This document shows positions 12,372-22,119 of a stretch of DNA of 64,000 bases, piece after piece. The DNA lies in assembly GCA_965207495.1 (NCBI GenBank), contig OZ242287.1:2780880-2844879 (forward strand), in the 5' to 3' direction. The stretch is from Caldilineaceae bacterium. Lineage in GTDB: Bacteria; Chloroflexota; Anaerolineae; Caldilineales; Caldilineaceae. Every line of letters starts with the position of its first letter. The first letter of the stretch is position 1. The notes under the pieces are model-generated. The model worked only from the letters and a program-made list of their open reading frames with translations, was not told the DNA's origin and made no database searches. Position numbers and translations under genes: made by a program.

Positions 12372-12413
12372 CGGCCGCCTGGCCAGTCATCGTTTCCGGA
12401 TCCCTGTCAAAGA

Positions 12414-15335
12414 TCAACCCGTCGCCTGCAAACCGGCGGCAATTCCGTTAATCGACAGCAGAATCGCCTGCCGCAGACGGGGGTCATCCTCGCTCGCGTC
12501 TATACCCGCCTGCCCGGACCCGGACGGCAGTTCTGCACTGTCTCGCTGCTTGTTGAGCAAGGCGACCTGTATGTAGTTGAGCGGATCGACATAGGGATTG
12601 CGCAGATTGATGCTGCGCTGCAGCCAGGGCTCGTTGTCCAGTAGTGCAGCCTGGCCCGTAATATTCAGTATGAGCCGCTCAGTTCGTCGGAATTCCTCCA
12701 TGATCTTGCCAAATATCGCGATGCGGGTTGGCTCCTCGGCCAGCGAAGCGTAAAGCGCGGCGATGGTCATATCGGCGCGACGCATCGAGAGCTGGGCCCT
12801 GTCGATCACAGTCCGGAAGAAAGGCCAGCTGCGATACATCTCCCGCAGTACGTCCATGCGCCGAGCTGATTCGACATCCAAACCTGTACCAAGACCATAC
12901 CAGCCAGGCAGATTCACCCGGCTCTGGGTCCAGGCAAAGACCCAGGGAATCGCGCGCAGGTCAGAGATGTCGGACGTCTGGCGGCGTTTTGCAGGACGGG
13001 ACCCTATATTCATCTGTGCCAGCTGTTCAATCGGAGTCGCCTCGTGAAAATAGTTCAGAAAGGCGGGATCCTCGACCAGGCTCCTGTACTCTTGTTCCGA
13101 GCGTTCACTGGCCGCGGTCAGAATGTTCACCCAGCCCTCTTCGACTACATGAGATTCGTTCTCGCCCCCACCTTCGTCCGCCGGTGAGCCTTGTTCTGTT
13201 TCGCAACTCGCGATCAGGACGGCGTTGACGAGCTGTTCAAGATGGCGCTTGGCAATTGCCCGGTTGCTGTAACGAGCGCTGATTACCTCACCCTGCTCGG
13301 TCAACTTTATCCGCCCTTGAACCGATCCTGGCGGCTGCGCCAGAATTGCACGATTGGCCGGACCACCGCCGCGACCAATCGAGCCGCCGCGACCGTGAAA
13401 GAGCGTCAGTTTGACCCCATATTCGCTGCACGTGCGGGCCAGCCTTTCCTGGGCTTGGTAAAGCGACCAGCTCGAACGCAGGAAGCCCCCATCCTTGTTG
13501 GAGTCGCTGTAACCGATCATGATCTCCTGACGGTTGCCGCGCAGGGCCAGATGTTCTCGATAGATCGGGGACTCGAAGAGCGCGCCCATGACCTTGGGCG
13601 CCCGGATAAGGTCGTCGATTGTCTCAAAAAGAGGCGCGATGTCGATCTTGCCGAAAAGCCCGGCGTCCTTGGCCAGCAACAGCACCTCCAGCACGTGACT
13701 GACGGAGGTGGTCATGCTGATGATATAGGCGCCGATAGCCTCGGGCGCGATTCGCTCGTGAGCCTGCCGGACGAGTCGAAAGAGCGCGACCGTCTCGTTG
13801 GTCTCGTTGCTGAACAATAAGCGCGCCGTCAAGGGACGCGGGCTCTCTATCTCCTCGACAAGCAGCCGGGTCCGCTCCTCCTCCGACAACGCTGCGTAAC
13901 TGAAATCCGCGTCCTGCGCCCTGTAATAGCCATTCAGGAGTTCAGTGACCGCCTCGCGATGGCGTTCGGAGTGCTGGCGAATGTCCATTGAGGCCAGATG
14001 GAAGCCAAATATACGGGCCTGTTGCACGAGCCGGGCAAAGCGACCATCGGCCAGCCGGTCGCCCTTGTTCTGCCTCAAACTCTCCTGGATCAGCTCCAAG
14101 TCGGCAATGAATTCGGCAGCACTGGGATACGCCCAAGGGTCCGGTCGCTGCGCCTGCCAGGCTTCCCTGTTCTGGGCCATTGTCGCGCCCAGCCTCCGGT
14201 AGATTAGGATCATCTTCTGGCGGTAGGGTTCCAGAGAAAAGCGGTCTAGGCGCGCTTTGTCACTCGGTGGGGCGCTGTCCAGGTCCTCGGCCAAACTGTC
14301 CAGAAATGCCCTGGAGAAGGCGCCCCGCGAATTCGCCACGCTGAGATGCCCGTACATACCGACTACGGTCCGGCGATAGAGCTCGAGCGCCTGCTCCTTC
14401 TGCTGACGCAGAGCGTCTTCGGTGACATCCTGGGTTACATAGGGATTCCCGTCCCGGTCTCCGCCGATCCACGAACCGTATCGCAGAAAAGTAGGCAGAC
14501 CGCCTGATGCCTCTTCACCGCTGTCGCTGACTTTGCTCTCAGGAAATTCCCTTTCCAGGGCAGAGTTCAGCTCGCCGTAAATGTCAGGCAAAAGTTCGAA
14601 CAACGTAGTATCGAAGAAGTAGAGCCCTTCACGAACCTCGTCCAAGACATCAGGACGCCGGTCCCGGTTCACGTCGCTCTGCCACAGCGAGACAACGATT
14701 TCACGAATCTGATCCCAGTTTTCCTTCTTTTCGCTGGGCAAAAGGACGTGGGCGTCCAGTTCGCGCAAAAGTCTGGTCAAATCCAACAGTTTCAAGAGGA
14801 TCGTTCGGCGTTTGGCCTCGGTCGGGTGTGCCGTGAATACGGGCTTGATCAACATTTCATCGAGCAGTCGCCGCACCTCGGAAGGTTCCGTTCCCCTTAG
14901 GCGCAGCCCTTGAATCGCGGCCGCAATGGTCTCGGGCATCTGCCGGCCGTTCTCTTCCGCCTCGGCAGTGCGCTGGCGAATGACGCGCACCCGCTGCTGC
15001 TCTTCGGCCAGGTTTATCAACTGGAAGTAGGTTGTGAAGGCCTTCAACACGCCGAGCGTGCCGTCGAGGTCACTGACCAGATCTCCTGTCAGGCGCTCGA
15101 TTTGCGGGGCCGCGGTCTGGTCTCCCTGCCGTTGGGCTCGCGTCAGGGCGCGTAACTCTTCAACCAGGTCGAAGGTGGCCTGGCCTTCCTGCTCGACGAT
15201 CGTTTCGCCGAGGAGGTTGCCTAACTGGCGAACCGTCCAGCGCAACCTGCGGTCCACGTCGGGTTGAGCAGTTTCATCGCCTCCACCCGGTTCGACCCTG
15301 GTCTCGATTTGCCCCTGCCTTGACAGAGTAGCCAT
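12414..15335 (-). CDS. ppc: phosphoenolpyruvate carboxylase
   Basis: ORF 12414..15398. ATG at 15335 preferred (GAAGGA upstream, MATLSRQ). PEPC motifs VFTAHPTE, MIGYSDSNKDGG, FHGRGGSIGRGGGP and the canonical C-terminal ..GIAAGLQATG. Confidence 0.93.
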   Translation of the reverse strand: MATLSRQGQIETRVEPGGGDETAQPDVDRRLRWTVRQLGNLLGETIVEQEGQATFDLVEELRALTRAQRQGDQTAAPQIERLTGDLVSDLDGTLGVLKAFTTYFQLINLAEEQQRVRVIRQRTAEAEENGRQMPETIAAAIQGLRLRGTEPSEVRRLLDEMLIKPVFTAHPTEAKRRTILLKLLDLTRLLRELDAHVLLPSEKKENWDQIREIVVSLWQSDVNRDRRPDVLDEVREGLYFFDTTLFELLPDIYGELNSALEREFPESKVSDSGEEASGGLPTFLRYGSWIGGDRDGNPYVTQDVTEDALRQQKEQALELYRRTVVGMYGHLSVANSRGAFSRAFLDSLAEDLDSAPPSDKARLDRFSLEPYRQKMILIYRRLGATMAQNREAWQAQRPDPWAYPSAAEFIADLELIQESLRQNKGDRLADGRFARLVQQARIFGFHLASMDIRQHSERHREAVTELLNGYYRAQDADFSYAALSEEERTRLLVEEIESPRPLTARLLFSNETNETVALFRLVRQAHERIAPEAIGAYIISMTTSVSHVLEVLLLAKDAGLFGKIDIAPLFETIDDLIRAPKVMGALFESPIYREHLALRGNRQEIMIGYSDSNKDGGFLRSSWSLYQAQERLARTCSEYGVKLTLFHGRGGSIGRGGGPANRAILAQPPGSVQGRIKLTEQGEVISARYSNRAIAKRHLEQLVNAVLIASCETEQGSPADEGGGENESHVVEEGWVNILTAASERSEQEYRSLVEDPAFLNYFHEATPIEQLAQMNIGSRPAKRRQTSDISDLRAIPWVFAWTQSRVNLPGWYGLGTGLDVESARRMDVLREMYRSWPFFRTVIDRAQLSMRRADMTIAALYASLAEEPTRIAIFGKIMEEFRRTERLILNITGQAALLDNEPWLQRSINLRNPYVDPLNYIQVALLNKQRDSAELPSGSGQAGIDASEDDPRLRQAILLSINGIAAGLQATG

Positions 15336-15396
15336 TCCGCTATTCCTTCGCATACACCTTAAGCGGACGCTCCTTCTCTTATCTCGCCCCTTATGC

Positions 15397-15421
15397 AAAA
15401 AAGGGAGGCTGCAACAGCCTC
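15397..15421 (-). terminator. intrinsic terminator downstream of leuB
   Basis: Minus strand reads GAGGCTG-TTG-CAGCCTC (7-bp stem, 3-nt loop) followed by CCTTTTTTG, 27 nt after the leuB stop. Confidence 0.7.
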
Positions 15422-15447
15422 ATTCTTCGCAATTCTGCGAGCCTTTG

Positions 15448-16536
15448 CTATGCGTCACCCAACGCCTGCACGACGAGATTCCCCAGTACCTCTGTGCCCG
15501 CCGTCTCCGTTCCAGGTTGGGCAATATCCGGAGTACGTACCCCCAGAGCCAGAATCGCATCCACTGCTGCCTCGACTGCCTCGGCCTCCTTCTCCAGGCC
15601 CAGACTGTGACGGAGAAGCATGGCGCTGCTCAGAATCGCGGCCAGAGGATTTGCAATGCCCTGACCGGCAATGTCAGGCGCGCTTCCGTGGATCGGCTCG
15701 TAAAGGCCGAGCGGTAGATCATGTTGGTTGCTGACGTCGCCCAGACTGGCGGAGGGCAACATGCCCATCGACCCGGCCAGCATCGAAGCCTCATCCGTGA
15801 GGATGTCGCCGAACAGGTTCCCGGCAACGACTACGTCGAAGTCGGCGGGCCGGCGGATCAGGTGCATGGCCATGGCGTCGACCAGGATGTGCTCAACCTC
15901 TAATTCCGGATAGTCGGCCAGTGCCTCGGTAGCGACGCTGCGCCAGAGGCGGGAGGAGGCGAGAACATTCGCTTTGTCCACACTGGCAAGGCGGCGATTG
16001 CGGTCCATGGCAGCGTCCGCGGCCAGCCTGACAACGCGATCGATCTCCGGCCGTGTATAGAGCATCGTGTCGAAGGCCTCAAAATTGTCATCGGGCTCTT
16101 TGCGTTCGCCAAAATAGATGCCTCCCGTCAATTCGCGAACAACGAGAAGGTCCACACCTTCCAGTGTCTCCTCCTTGATGGTACTGGCCGAGAGCAACTG
16201 GGGCTGAAGCTTGACGGGCCTCAAGTTGGCGAACAAGTCCAGGCTTTTGCGCAGGGCAAGCACGCCCTGTTCAGGCCTGTCGGACAGGCTGGGGTCATCC
16301 CACTTTGGTCCGCCTACCGCGCCCAGCAGCACGGCCTCGGCCGCAGAGGCGGCTGCGACAGTCTCATCCGGCAAACTGGTGCCCAACTCATCGATGGACC
16401 GTCCTCCAATCTGCTGATGGTCGAAAACAAAGTCGTGGCCGAATCGGCCTGCTACAGCCGCCAGGACCTTTTTGGCTTCCGCCGTGACCTCCGGACCGAT
16501 TCCGTCACCATCCAGAATTACAATCGTTGCATCCAT
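15448..16536 (-). CDS. leuB: 3-isopropylmalate dehydrogenase (beta-decarboxylating dehydrogenase family)
   Basis: 362-aa [17 protein letters not shown]-terminus and the [26 protein letters not shown] signature. Confidence 0.92.
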   Translation of the reverse strand: MDATIVILDGDGIGPEVTAEAKKVLAAVAGRFGHDFVFDHQQIGGRSIDELGTSLPDETVAAASAAEAVLLGAVGGPKWDDPSLSDRPEQGVLALRKSLDLFANLRPVKLQPQLLSASTIKEETLEGVDLLVVRELTGGIYFGERKEPDDNFEAFDTMLYTRPEIDRVVRLAADAAMDRNRRLASVDKANVLASSRLWRSVATEALADYPELEVEHILVDAMAMHLIRRPADFDVVVAGNLFGDILTDEASMLAGSMGMLPSASLGDVSNQHDLPLGLYEPIHGSAPDIAGQGIANPLAAILSSAMLLRHSLGLEKEAEAVEAAVDAILALGVRTPDIAQPGTETAGTEVLGNLVVQALGDA

Positions 16537-16758
16537 TCGTTACTTTTCCTTCTTGAGTACCTTCCCGGAATCCTTGCTTCATTAGCAAAGTCAGGAGGGC
16601 TGATGTTTCTTCCGTAGGTAAGAGAATCCTTCTGGAGTACTTCGCTCGCAAGCCAGGTTCGCCTACCCCTTGTCTTCGAGCCTATTTCTCCGTTAAGCTA
16701 AGGCATGAGTCATATTTGCCAATAATGAAAATGGTAACGACTCAGCCACAACCGATTT

Positions 16759-16917
16759 GCGAACCTGAATGAGGCGAGCGAAAGTGTGTACTCTTTCCTC
16801 ACTCCTCTTCCCTCTCTCCTCGCATTTTTGGGCGTCCGGGCCTTCGGCCCTCCCTTGTGCAGGGGCTGCGCCCCCGCAACGCCCCGCCCTTACTAGACCA
16901 CCGTGCGCATTCTTCCC
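16759..16917 (+). repeat. modular intergenic repeat, copy B 5' module
   Basis: GCGAACCTGAATGAGGCGAGCG..CCTCACTCCTCTTCCCTCTCTCCTCGC..58-nt GC-rich block (16832-16889)..TTACTAGACCACCGTG. Collinear with copy C at 48906-49046. Confidence 0.85.
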
Positions 16918-17450
16918 CAGCATTGCGTCTAGTCGACAGTGTCTCCACCCCCCGCTCCAGACTCAGCCCCCTGATCCCGGACCCCTGATCCCTGACCCCT
17001 GCAGTTCGCTGCGCCCCGCCCTAACTAGACCACCGTGCTGATTCTTCCCCAGCATTGCGTCTAGTCGACAGTGTCTCCACCCCCCGCTCCAGACTCAGCC
17101 CCCTGATCCCTGACCCCTGATCCCTGACCCCTGCAGTTCGCTGCGCCCCGCCCTAACTAGACCACCGTGCTGATTCTTCCCCAGCATTGCGTCTAGTCGA
17201 CAGTGTCTCCACCCCCCGCTCCAGACTCAGCCCCCTGATCCCTGACCCCTGATCCCTGACCCCTGCAGTTCGCTGCGCCCCGCCCTAACTAGACCACTGT
17301 GCTGATTCTTCCCCAGCATTGCCTCTAGTCGACAGTGTCTCCAACCCCACCTGCTGCCTCCAGCCACTGACCACCGACCACGGCAGTTCCGCGCCCTTGC
17401 TAGCCACCGTACTGGTTCTTCGCCACCATCGTGGTATGCCGACAGTGTGC
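16918..17450 (+). repeat. 132-bp tandem repeat array: three near-identical units (16918-17313) plus a degenerate fourth
   Basis: CAGCATTGCGTCTAGTCGACAGTGTCTCC recurs at 16918, 17050, 17182 and 17314 (period exactly 132). Units 1-3 differ from each other by single substitutions. The unit contains (CCCCTGA/TCCCTGA) 7-mers, CCCTGCAGTTCG, and an imperfect hairpin ACTAGACCACCGTGCTG-ATTCTTCCCC-CAGCATTGCGTCTAGT spanning the unit junction. Confidence 0.9.
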
Positions 17451-17576
17451 CCCAACCAACCTGGCGGCTGCCAACCGAATAAACCATCCGAAAGCCTGAC
17501 TATCGGCGAAGATAAAGAGGTAGTCAAGACAGACACTGCTAGCGGCTTAGGAGTTACCGAAAACGAAAAAAGCAGG

Positions 17577-18455
17577 CTACGCCTGGTAGTCGATATCATC
17601 GTCTATCGACAAGGGGCGTCTGCCCCCAAAGACGGCAAGTTCGAACACTCTGAAATAGCAGTCGACATCCTCAAAGCCGATTTCGCGCAGCCAATCGCAC
17701 TGCGACTCCACCGGCGACAGAATATTGGCCCCACTGTCCTCCCGGTTATGATAGGCCGCCGCCACCTGGTCGCGTGTCTGGCCGTCACCTTCGGTCAACT
17801 GGCTTGCCCACAGCGTGTCGATGAAATAATCGTCATAAATCGCTTCGATTCGAGGTGTCGCGGACGAGACATGTTCGATGTTCACGAAGATGCCCCCGGG
17901 CACGAGCAGATCAAAGATATCGATGTAAATCTGGCGCTTTATTGAATCGGGGTGGTGGTGAATGGAGAACCCGGAGACAACCACGTCAAACGGACCATGG
18001 GCGGAAATGATATCGAACCAGCCGGGGTCTGTGTAGTCGGCAGACGAGACGTGTAGCGAGCTGCTATAGGCCTGCAGATTGCTCAGGGCCGCCTGGAGCA
18101 TAGGGGTGGAAAAATCGACCAATGTCCCTTTTGCGCTGGGATATTTCTCCAGGATCGTTGCCGCCAGAATTCCGTCGCCGCAGCCCAGGTCCAGAAAACT
18201 GTGTACAGGCCGGTCGCTCTGGGTCTGGTCGTCGCCCGGCCCCGCGATCACCCGCATCATCACATCCAACTGGATCTGCGCCAGCGGGACGCCTTTTCGC
18301 ACACTTCGGAGGTATCCGTCAACCAGAGAGGGGTTCTTCCACACCGCACTCTTGCCATCCGCCAGAGGCGCGCCCGTTGTCATCCGCTTCATCCCCTTTC
18401 CACTTGCCAGCTCTTGATCTGCTGCGACCTGAATCCTCTGGGCGGGATTCGCCAA
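17577..18455 (-). CDS. class I SAM-dependent methyltransferase
   Basis: 292-aa ORF (TTG at 18455; ATG alternative at 18392). Motif I FLDLGCGDGILA, post-I LVDFS, motif II-like VVSGFSIHH. Starts 18 nt after the leuD stop, same strand. Confidence 0.75.
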   Translation of the reverse strand: MANPAQRIQVAADQELASGKGMKRMTTGAPLADGKSAVWKNPSLVDGYLRSVRKGVPLAQIQLDVMMRVIAGPGDDQTQSDRPVHSFLDLGCGDGILAATILEKYPSAKGTLVDFSTPMLQAALSNLQAYSSSLHVSSADYTDPGWFDIISAHGPFDVVVSGFSIHHHPDSIKRQIYIDIFDLLVPGGIFVNIEHVSSATPRIEAIYDDYFIDTLWASQLTEGDGQTRDQVAAAYHNREDSGANILSPVESQCDWLREIGFEDVDCYFRVFELAVFGGRRPLSIDDDIDYQA

Positions 18456-18472
18456 CCTGAGATCAAGTGCCG

Positions 18473-19090
18473 TCAGAATGACGCAGCGGCCTCGAAGGCG
18501 CTGATCTGCTCCCCCTTGTCCAGTAGATAGCCAAGGTCATCCAGGCCCCGCAAGAGGCACTGCTTGCGAAAGGGGTCGATGTCAAATGACAAGGGACCTT
18601 CCGTATCTCCCACTGCCCCGCTGTCAAGATCCGGCAATGTGACCGTCTGGCTTGACAGGTCGATGCAAATGCTCGTTCGAGGAACCTCCTCGACCAGATC
18701 GAGCAGCCGCCCGACTGTCTCCTCGGGCAATTGGATCGGCAAGAGCCCGTTCTTCAGGCTATTGTTGTAGAAGATATCGGCAAACGCAGGTGAGATTACT
18801 GCGCGGAATCCGTACTGGGTAAGCGCCCATACAGCATGTTCGCGGCTTGAGCCAATGCCGAAATTTCGGCCGGCTACAAGTATTTGGGAACCCCGGTATT
18901 GGGGTTGATTGAGAACAAAGTCAGGGTTCGGGCTGCCGTCACGCGCGTAGCGCCACCACGAAAAAAGCCCCTCGCCCATGCCCTCCTGTGTGACGGCCGT
19001 AAGATAGCGGGCCGGTATGATCTGGTCTGTGTCGACGTTCTCGGTTCGCAGAGGCAGTGCGGTCGAAGTCAGTGTGGTGAAAGGCTGCAT
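18473..19090 (-). CDS. leuD: 3-isopropylmalate dehydratase small subunit
   Basis: 205 aa. GRNFGIGSSREHAVWAL motif. Its start overlaps the leuC stop (ATGA-type junction at 19088-19092). Confidence 0.92.
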   Translation of the reverse strand: MQPFTTLTSTALPLRTENVDTDQIIPARYLTAVTQEGMGEGLFSWWRYARDGSPNPDFVLNQPQYRGSQILVAGRNFGIGSSREHAVWALTQYGFRAVISPAFADIFYNNSLKNGLLPIQLPEETVGRLLDLVEEVPRTSICIDLSSQTVTLPDLDSGAVGDTEGPLSFDIDPFRKQCLLRGLDDLGYLLDKGEQISAFEAAASF

Positions 19091-20493
19091 CAGAGAATCT
19101 CCCGCACGTCGGTGACACGGCCGTTGACCGCCGCCGCGGCCGCCATGATCGGGCTCATCAACAGCGAGCGGCTGCCCGGACCCTGCCTGCCCATGAAATT
19201 GCGGTTGCTGGTACTGGCCACGTACTTTCCTTCACCCGCCTTGTCGTCATTCATCGCCAGGCACATGCTGCAGCCTGCGCCGCGCCACTCAAATCCGGCC
19301 TCACTGAATATTCTGTCAAGGCCTTCTGCTTCGGCTTGAGCCTTAACCGCCTTCGAGCCGGGCACAACCAGCGCCTCCACCCCAGCCGGTACGCGGCGCC
19401 CCTTTGCGATTTCAGCGGCAGCGCGCAAATCTTCAATCCGGCTGTTCGTGCAGGAGCCGATGAAAACGATGTCCACATGCTGGCCTTCGATTGGTTGGCC
19501 CTCGGTGAGACCCATATAGTCCAGCGCATTCTGCAGGCTGCGTCTTTCCGCGGGGTCGTCCAAATCGCTCGCCTTGGGCACACGTTGGGTGACCGCCACG
19601 CCCTGCCCGGGATTGGTCCCATAGGTCACCATCGGCTCAAGCGCGGATGCGTCGAGCGTCAACGCCCGATCGAAGACCGCGTCATCGTCCGTCTTCAAGG
19701 TGCGCCAGTGGGCGACGGCCCTGTCCCAGGCCTCCCCTTTCGGCGCGTAAGTTCGCCCCTTGATGTATTCAAAAGTAGTGTCGTCGGGCGCAATCAGTCC
19801 GGCGCGCGCGCCGCCCTCAATGCTCATATTACAGATGGTCATGCGGCTGGCCATGTCAAGAGCCCGGATCGCTTCACCCCGGTATTCGAACACGTAGCCA
19901 ACGCCGCCGCCGGCCCCATTCTTGGCAATAATGGCGAGGATGATATCCTTCGCCGTGACGCCCACGCCAAGTGACCCTTCAACATTGATGGCAAAGGTCA
20001 TCGCCTTCTTCTGCATAAGGCACTGGGTCGCCAGCACGTGGCCGACCTCACTCGTACCGATACCAAAAGCGAGCGCACCAAAAGCACCGTGAGTGCTCGT
20101 GTGGCTGTCGCCGCAGACAATGGTCATGCCCGGCTGAGTGACGCCCAATTCCGGTCCGATCACGTGGACGATACCCTGAATGTCCCCCTCAATGTCAAAA
20201 AGTGGAACGTCGAACTCTTCGCAATTTGTGCGCAGAGCCCGAACCTGTGTGGCCGCGTCTTCTGGCCAGTCAAGCTCCACCGCCCCGATGCGGGTGGGGA
20301 TGGCGTGGTCCATGGTCGCGAAGGTCTTGTCAGGGCGCCGTACCGGCAGGCCTCGTTCGCGTAGTGTGGCAAACGCTTGCGGTGAAGTGACTTCATGCAC
20401 CAGGTGGGCATCTATGTAGAGTACGGCAGGCGCACCCTCGTCCTGTGCAATTACGTGCGCATCCCAGATTTTTTCGAACAGCGTCTTTCCCAT
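19090..20493 (-). CDS. leuC: 3-isopropylmalate dehydratase large subunit
   Basis: ORF 19090..20562. ATG at 20493 preferred ([14 protein letters not shown]). Aconitase-family Fe-S ligand motifs [20 protein letters not shown]. Confidence 0.93.
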   Translation of the reverse strand: MGKTLFEKIWDAHVIAQDEGAPAVLYIDAHLVHEVTSPQAFATLRERGLPVRRPDKTFATMDHAIPTRIGAVELDWPEDAATQVRALRTNCEEFDVPLFDIEGDIQGIVHVIGPELGVTQPGMTIVCGDSHTSTHGAFGALAFGIGTSEVGHVLATQCLMQKKAMTFAINVEGSLGVGVTAKDIILAIIAKNGAGGGVGYVFEYRGEAIRALDMASRMTICNMSIEGGARAGLIAPDDTTFEYIKGRTYAPKGEAWDRAVAHWRTLKTDDDAVFDRALTLDASALEPMVTYGTNPGQGVAVTQRVPKASDLDDPAERRSLQNALDYMGLTEGQPIEGQHVDIVFIGSCTNSRIEDLRAAAEIAKGRRVPAGVEALVVPGSKAVKAQAEAEGLDRIFSEAGFEWRGAGCSMCLAMNDDKAGEGKYVASTSNRNFMGRQGPGSRSLLMSPIMAAAAAVNGRVTDVREIL

Positions 20494-20542
20494 TCTATGA
20501 TTCCTAGCCTTTAATCTAATCGAAACAATTGGCTGGGGCGGA

Positions 20543-22042
20543 CTAGGGCAGGCTCGTCTCACCCATCAAGTAACGGTCGCACTCTCGCGCTGCGCCGCGC
20601 CCCTCGTTGATCGCCCACACGACAAGACTCTGACCGCGGCGCATGTCGCCCGCCGCGAAAACGCCCTGTACATTAGTAGCGTAATCTCCGTACTCTGCCT
20701 GGGCATTGGAGCGGGCATCCCGTTCCACGCCAAGCTGGTCCAGCACCGGATTCTCCGGACCTCGAAAACCCATCGCCAGAAATACCAGCTGGGCAGGCCA
20801 AACCTTCTCGGTGCCCGGCACCTCTCGCAACTGGGGACGCTGGCCGTTTTCGCTCGGCAGCCACTCGATCATGACCGTATGCAACTCCTTGAGCCGGCCG
20901 TTCTCGTCTCCAACGAACCTCTTTGTGCTGATCAGAAATGTGCGTGGGTCGTCGCCAAACCGCGCCGCTGCCTCGGCGTGACCGTAATCGACGCGAAAGA
21001 TGTTCGGCCATTCGGGCCACGGATTGCTTGCTGCCCGTTCGGGCGGCGGCTTGGGCATGATTTCAAACATGTTGACACTGTTGCATCCGTGGCGCATCGC
21101 AGTTCCCAGGCAATCATTGCCGGTGTCTCCGCCGCCAATAACGATAACGTCTTTACCCTCGGCAGAAATGAATGGATAGTCGAAGCCCTCACCGGGAACT
21201 TCACCGTACTTGCTATCCAAAACATGCTTTGTATTGCCGTGCAGAAACTCCATCGCAAAATGGACACCCTCCAACTCTCTGCCCTCAATCGGCAGATTAT
21301 TGGGATTGGTTGCCCCGCCGCAAAGCACGATGGCATCGTTCCCTTCCAGCAGACTGTCGGCTGGGATGTCATTGCCGATCTCGCAGTTTGTGACGAATGT
21401 AACCCCTTCGGCCCGCATCAGGTCGACCCGCTGCTCGACGCGCTCCTTTTCCAACTTCATATTGGGGATGCCGTACATCAGCAGCCCCCCAATGCGGTCA
21501 GCCCTTTCATAGACAGTGACAGTATGACCGGCGGAATTCAGCTGGTCCGCGCAGGCCAGCCCAGCCGGACCCGATCCGACGACCGCCACCTTCTTGCCCG
21601 TGCGTATGGCCGGCGGCTGAGCTACGACCCAGCCCTCCTCAAATCCTTTGTCGATGATCGCGCACTCAATGCTCTTGATCGTGACAGGCGGCTCGATAAT
21701 GCCAAGCGTGCACGACCCTTCACACGGGGCCGGGCAGACGCGACCGGTAAATTCAGGGAAATTATTGGTCGCGTGCAGTCTGTCCAGCGCCTCGCGCCAG
21801 CGGTTCTGATAGACCAGGTCGTTCCACTCGGGGATCAGGTTATTGATGGGGCAGCCGCCCTCCGGCATCGTCCCCGTATGGCAAAAGGGAATGCCGCAGT
21901 CCATGCAACGGGCGCCTTGCTCCTGTAGGTCCTGTGTCGACAGGTGGAGATGAAACTCGTCCCAATCTTGAATTCGTTCGAGGGGCGCGCGCTCCGGAAA
22001 TGGCTGCCGCTCAAATTCAAGAAAGCCGGTTGGTTTACCCAT
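20543..22042 (-). CDS. gltD: glutamate synthase (NADPH) small subunit
   Basis: [13 protein letters not shown]-terminus, Cys clusters CMDCGIPFC and CPAPCEGSC, and dinucleotide motif VVGSGPAGL. Confidence 0.92.
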   Translation of the reverse strand: MGKPTGFLEFERQPFPERAPLERIQDWDEFHLHLSTQDLQEQGARCMDCGIPFCHTGTMPEGGCPINNLIPEWNDLVYQNRWREALDRLHATNNFPEFTGRVCPAPCEGSCTLGIIEPPVTIKSIECAIIDKGFEEGWVVAQPPAIRTGKKVAVVGSGPAGLACADQLNSAGHTVTVYERADRIGGLLMYGIPNMKLEKERVEQRVDLMRAEGVTFVTNCEIGNDIPADSLLEGNDAIVLCGGATNPNNLPIEGRELEGVHFAMEFLHGNTKHVLDSKYGEVPGEGFDYPFISAEGKDVIVIGGGDTGNDCLGTAMRHGCNSVNMFEIMPKPPPERAASNPWPEWPNIFRVDYGHAEAAARFGDDPRTFLISTKRFVGDENGRLKELHTVMIEWLPSENGQRPQLREVPGTEKVWPAQLVFLAMGFRGPENPVLDQLGVERDARSNAQAEYGDYATNVQGVFAAGDMRRGQSLVVWAINEGRGAARECDRYLMGETSLP

Positions 22043-22119
22043 TCGAAATCTCCTGGCTGCGTATTGCGTGGAAAGGGTTAACGCGCAATACAGGGTCGTT
22101 GTACTCAGTTACGCAGTGC

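Noticed and set aside
16918-17450. Possible CRISPR array
   Set aside because: The units are 132 bp and directly abutting, with no unique spacers. No cas genes are in the window.
16769-17599. ORFs 16769..17041, 17227..17487, 17285..17599 and 17319..17945 crossing the repeat array; likewise 48916..49152 and 1939..2145
   Set aside because: They are read through tandem or dispersed non-coding repeats. The same repeat is read in different frames at different copies. The translations are low-complexity Pro/Ser/Leu strings.
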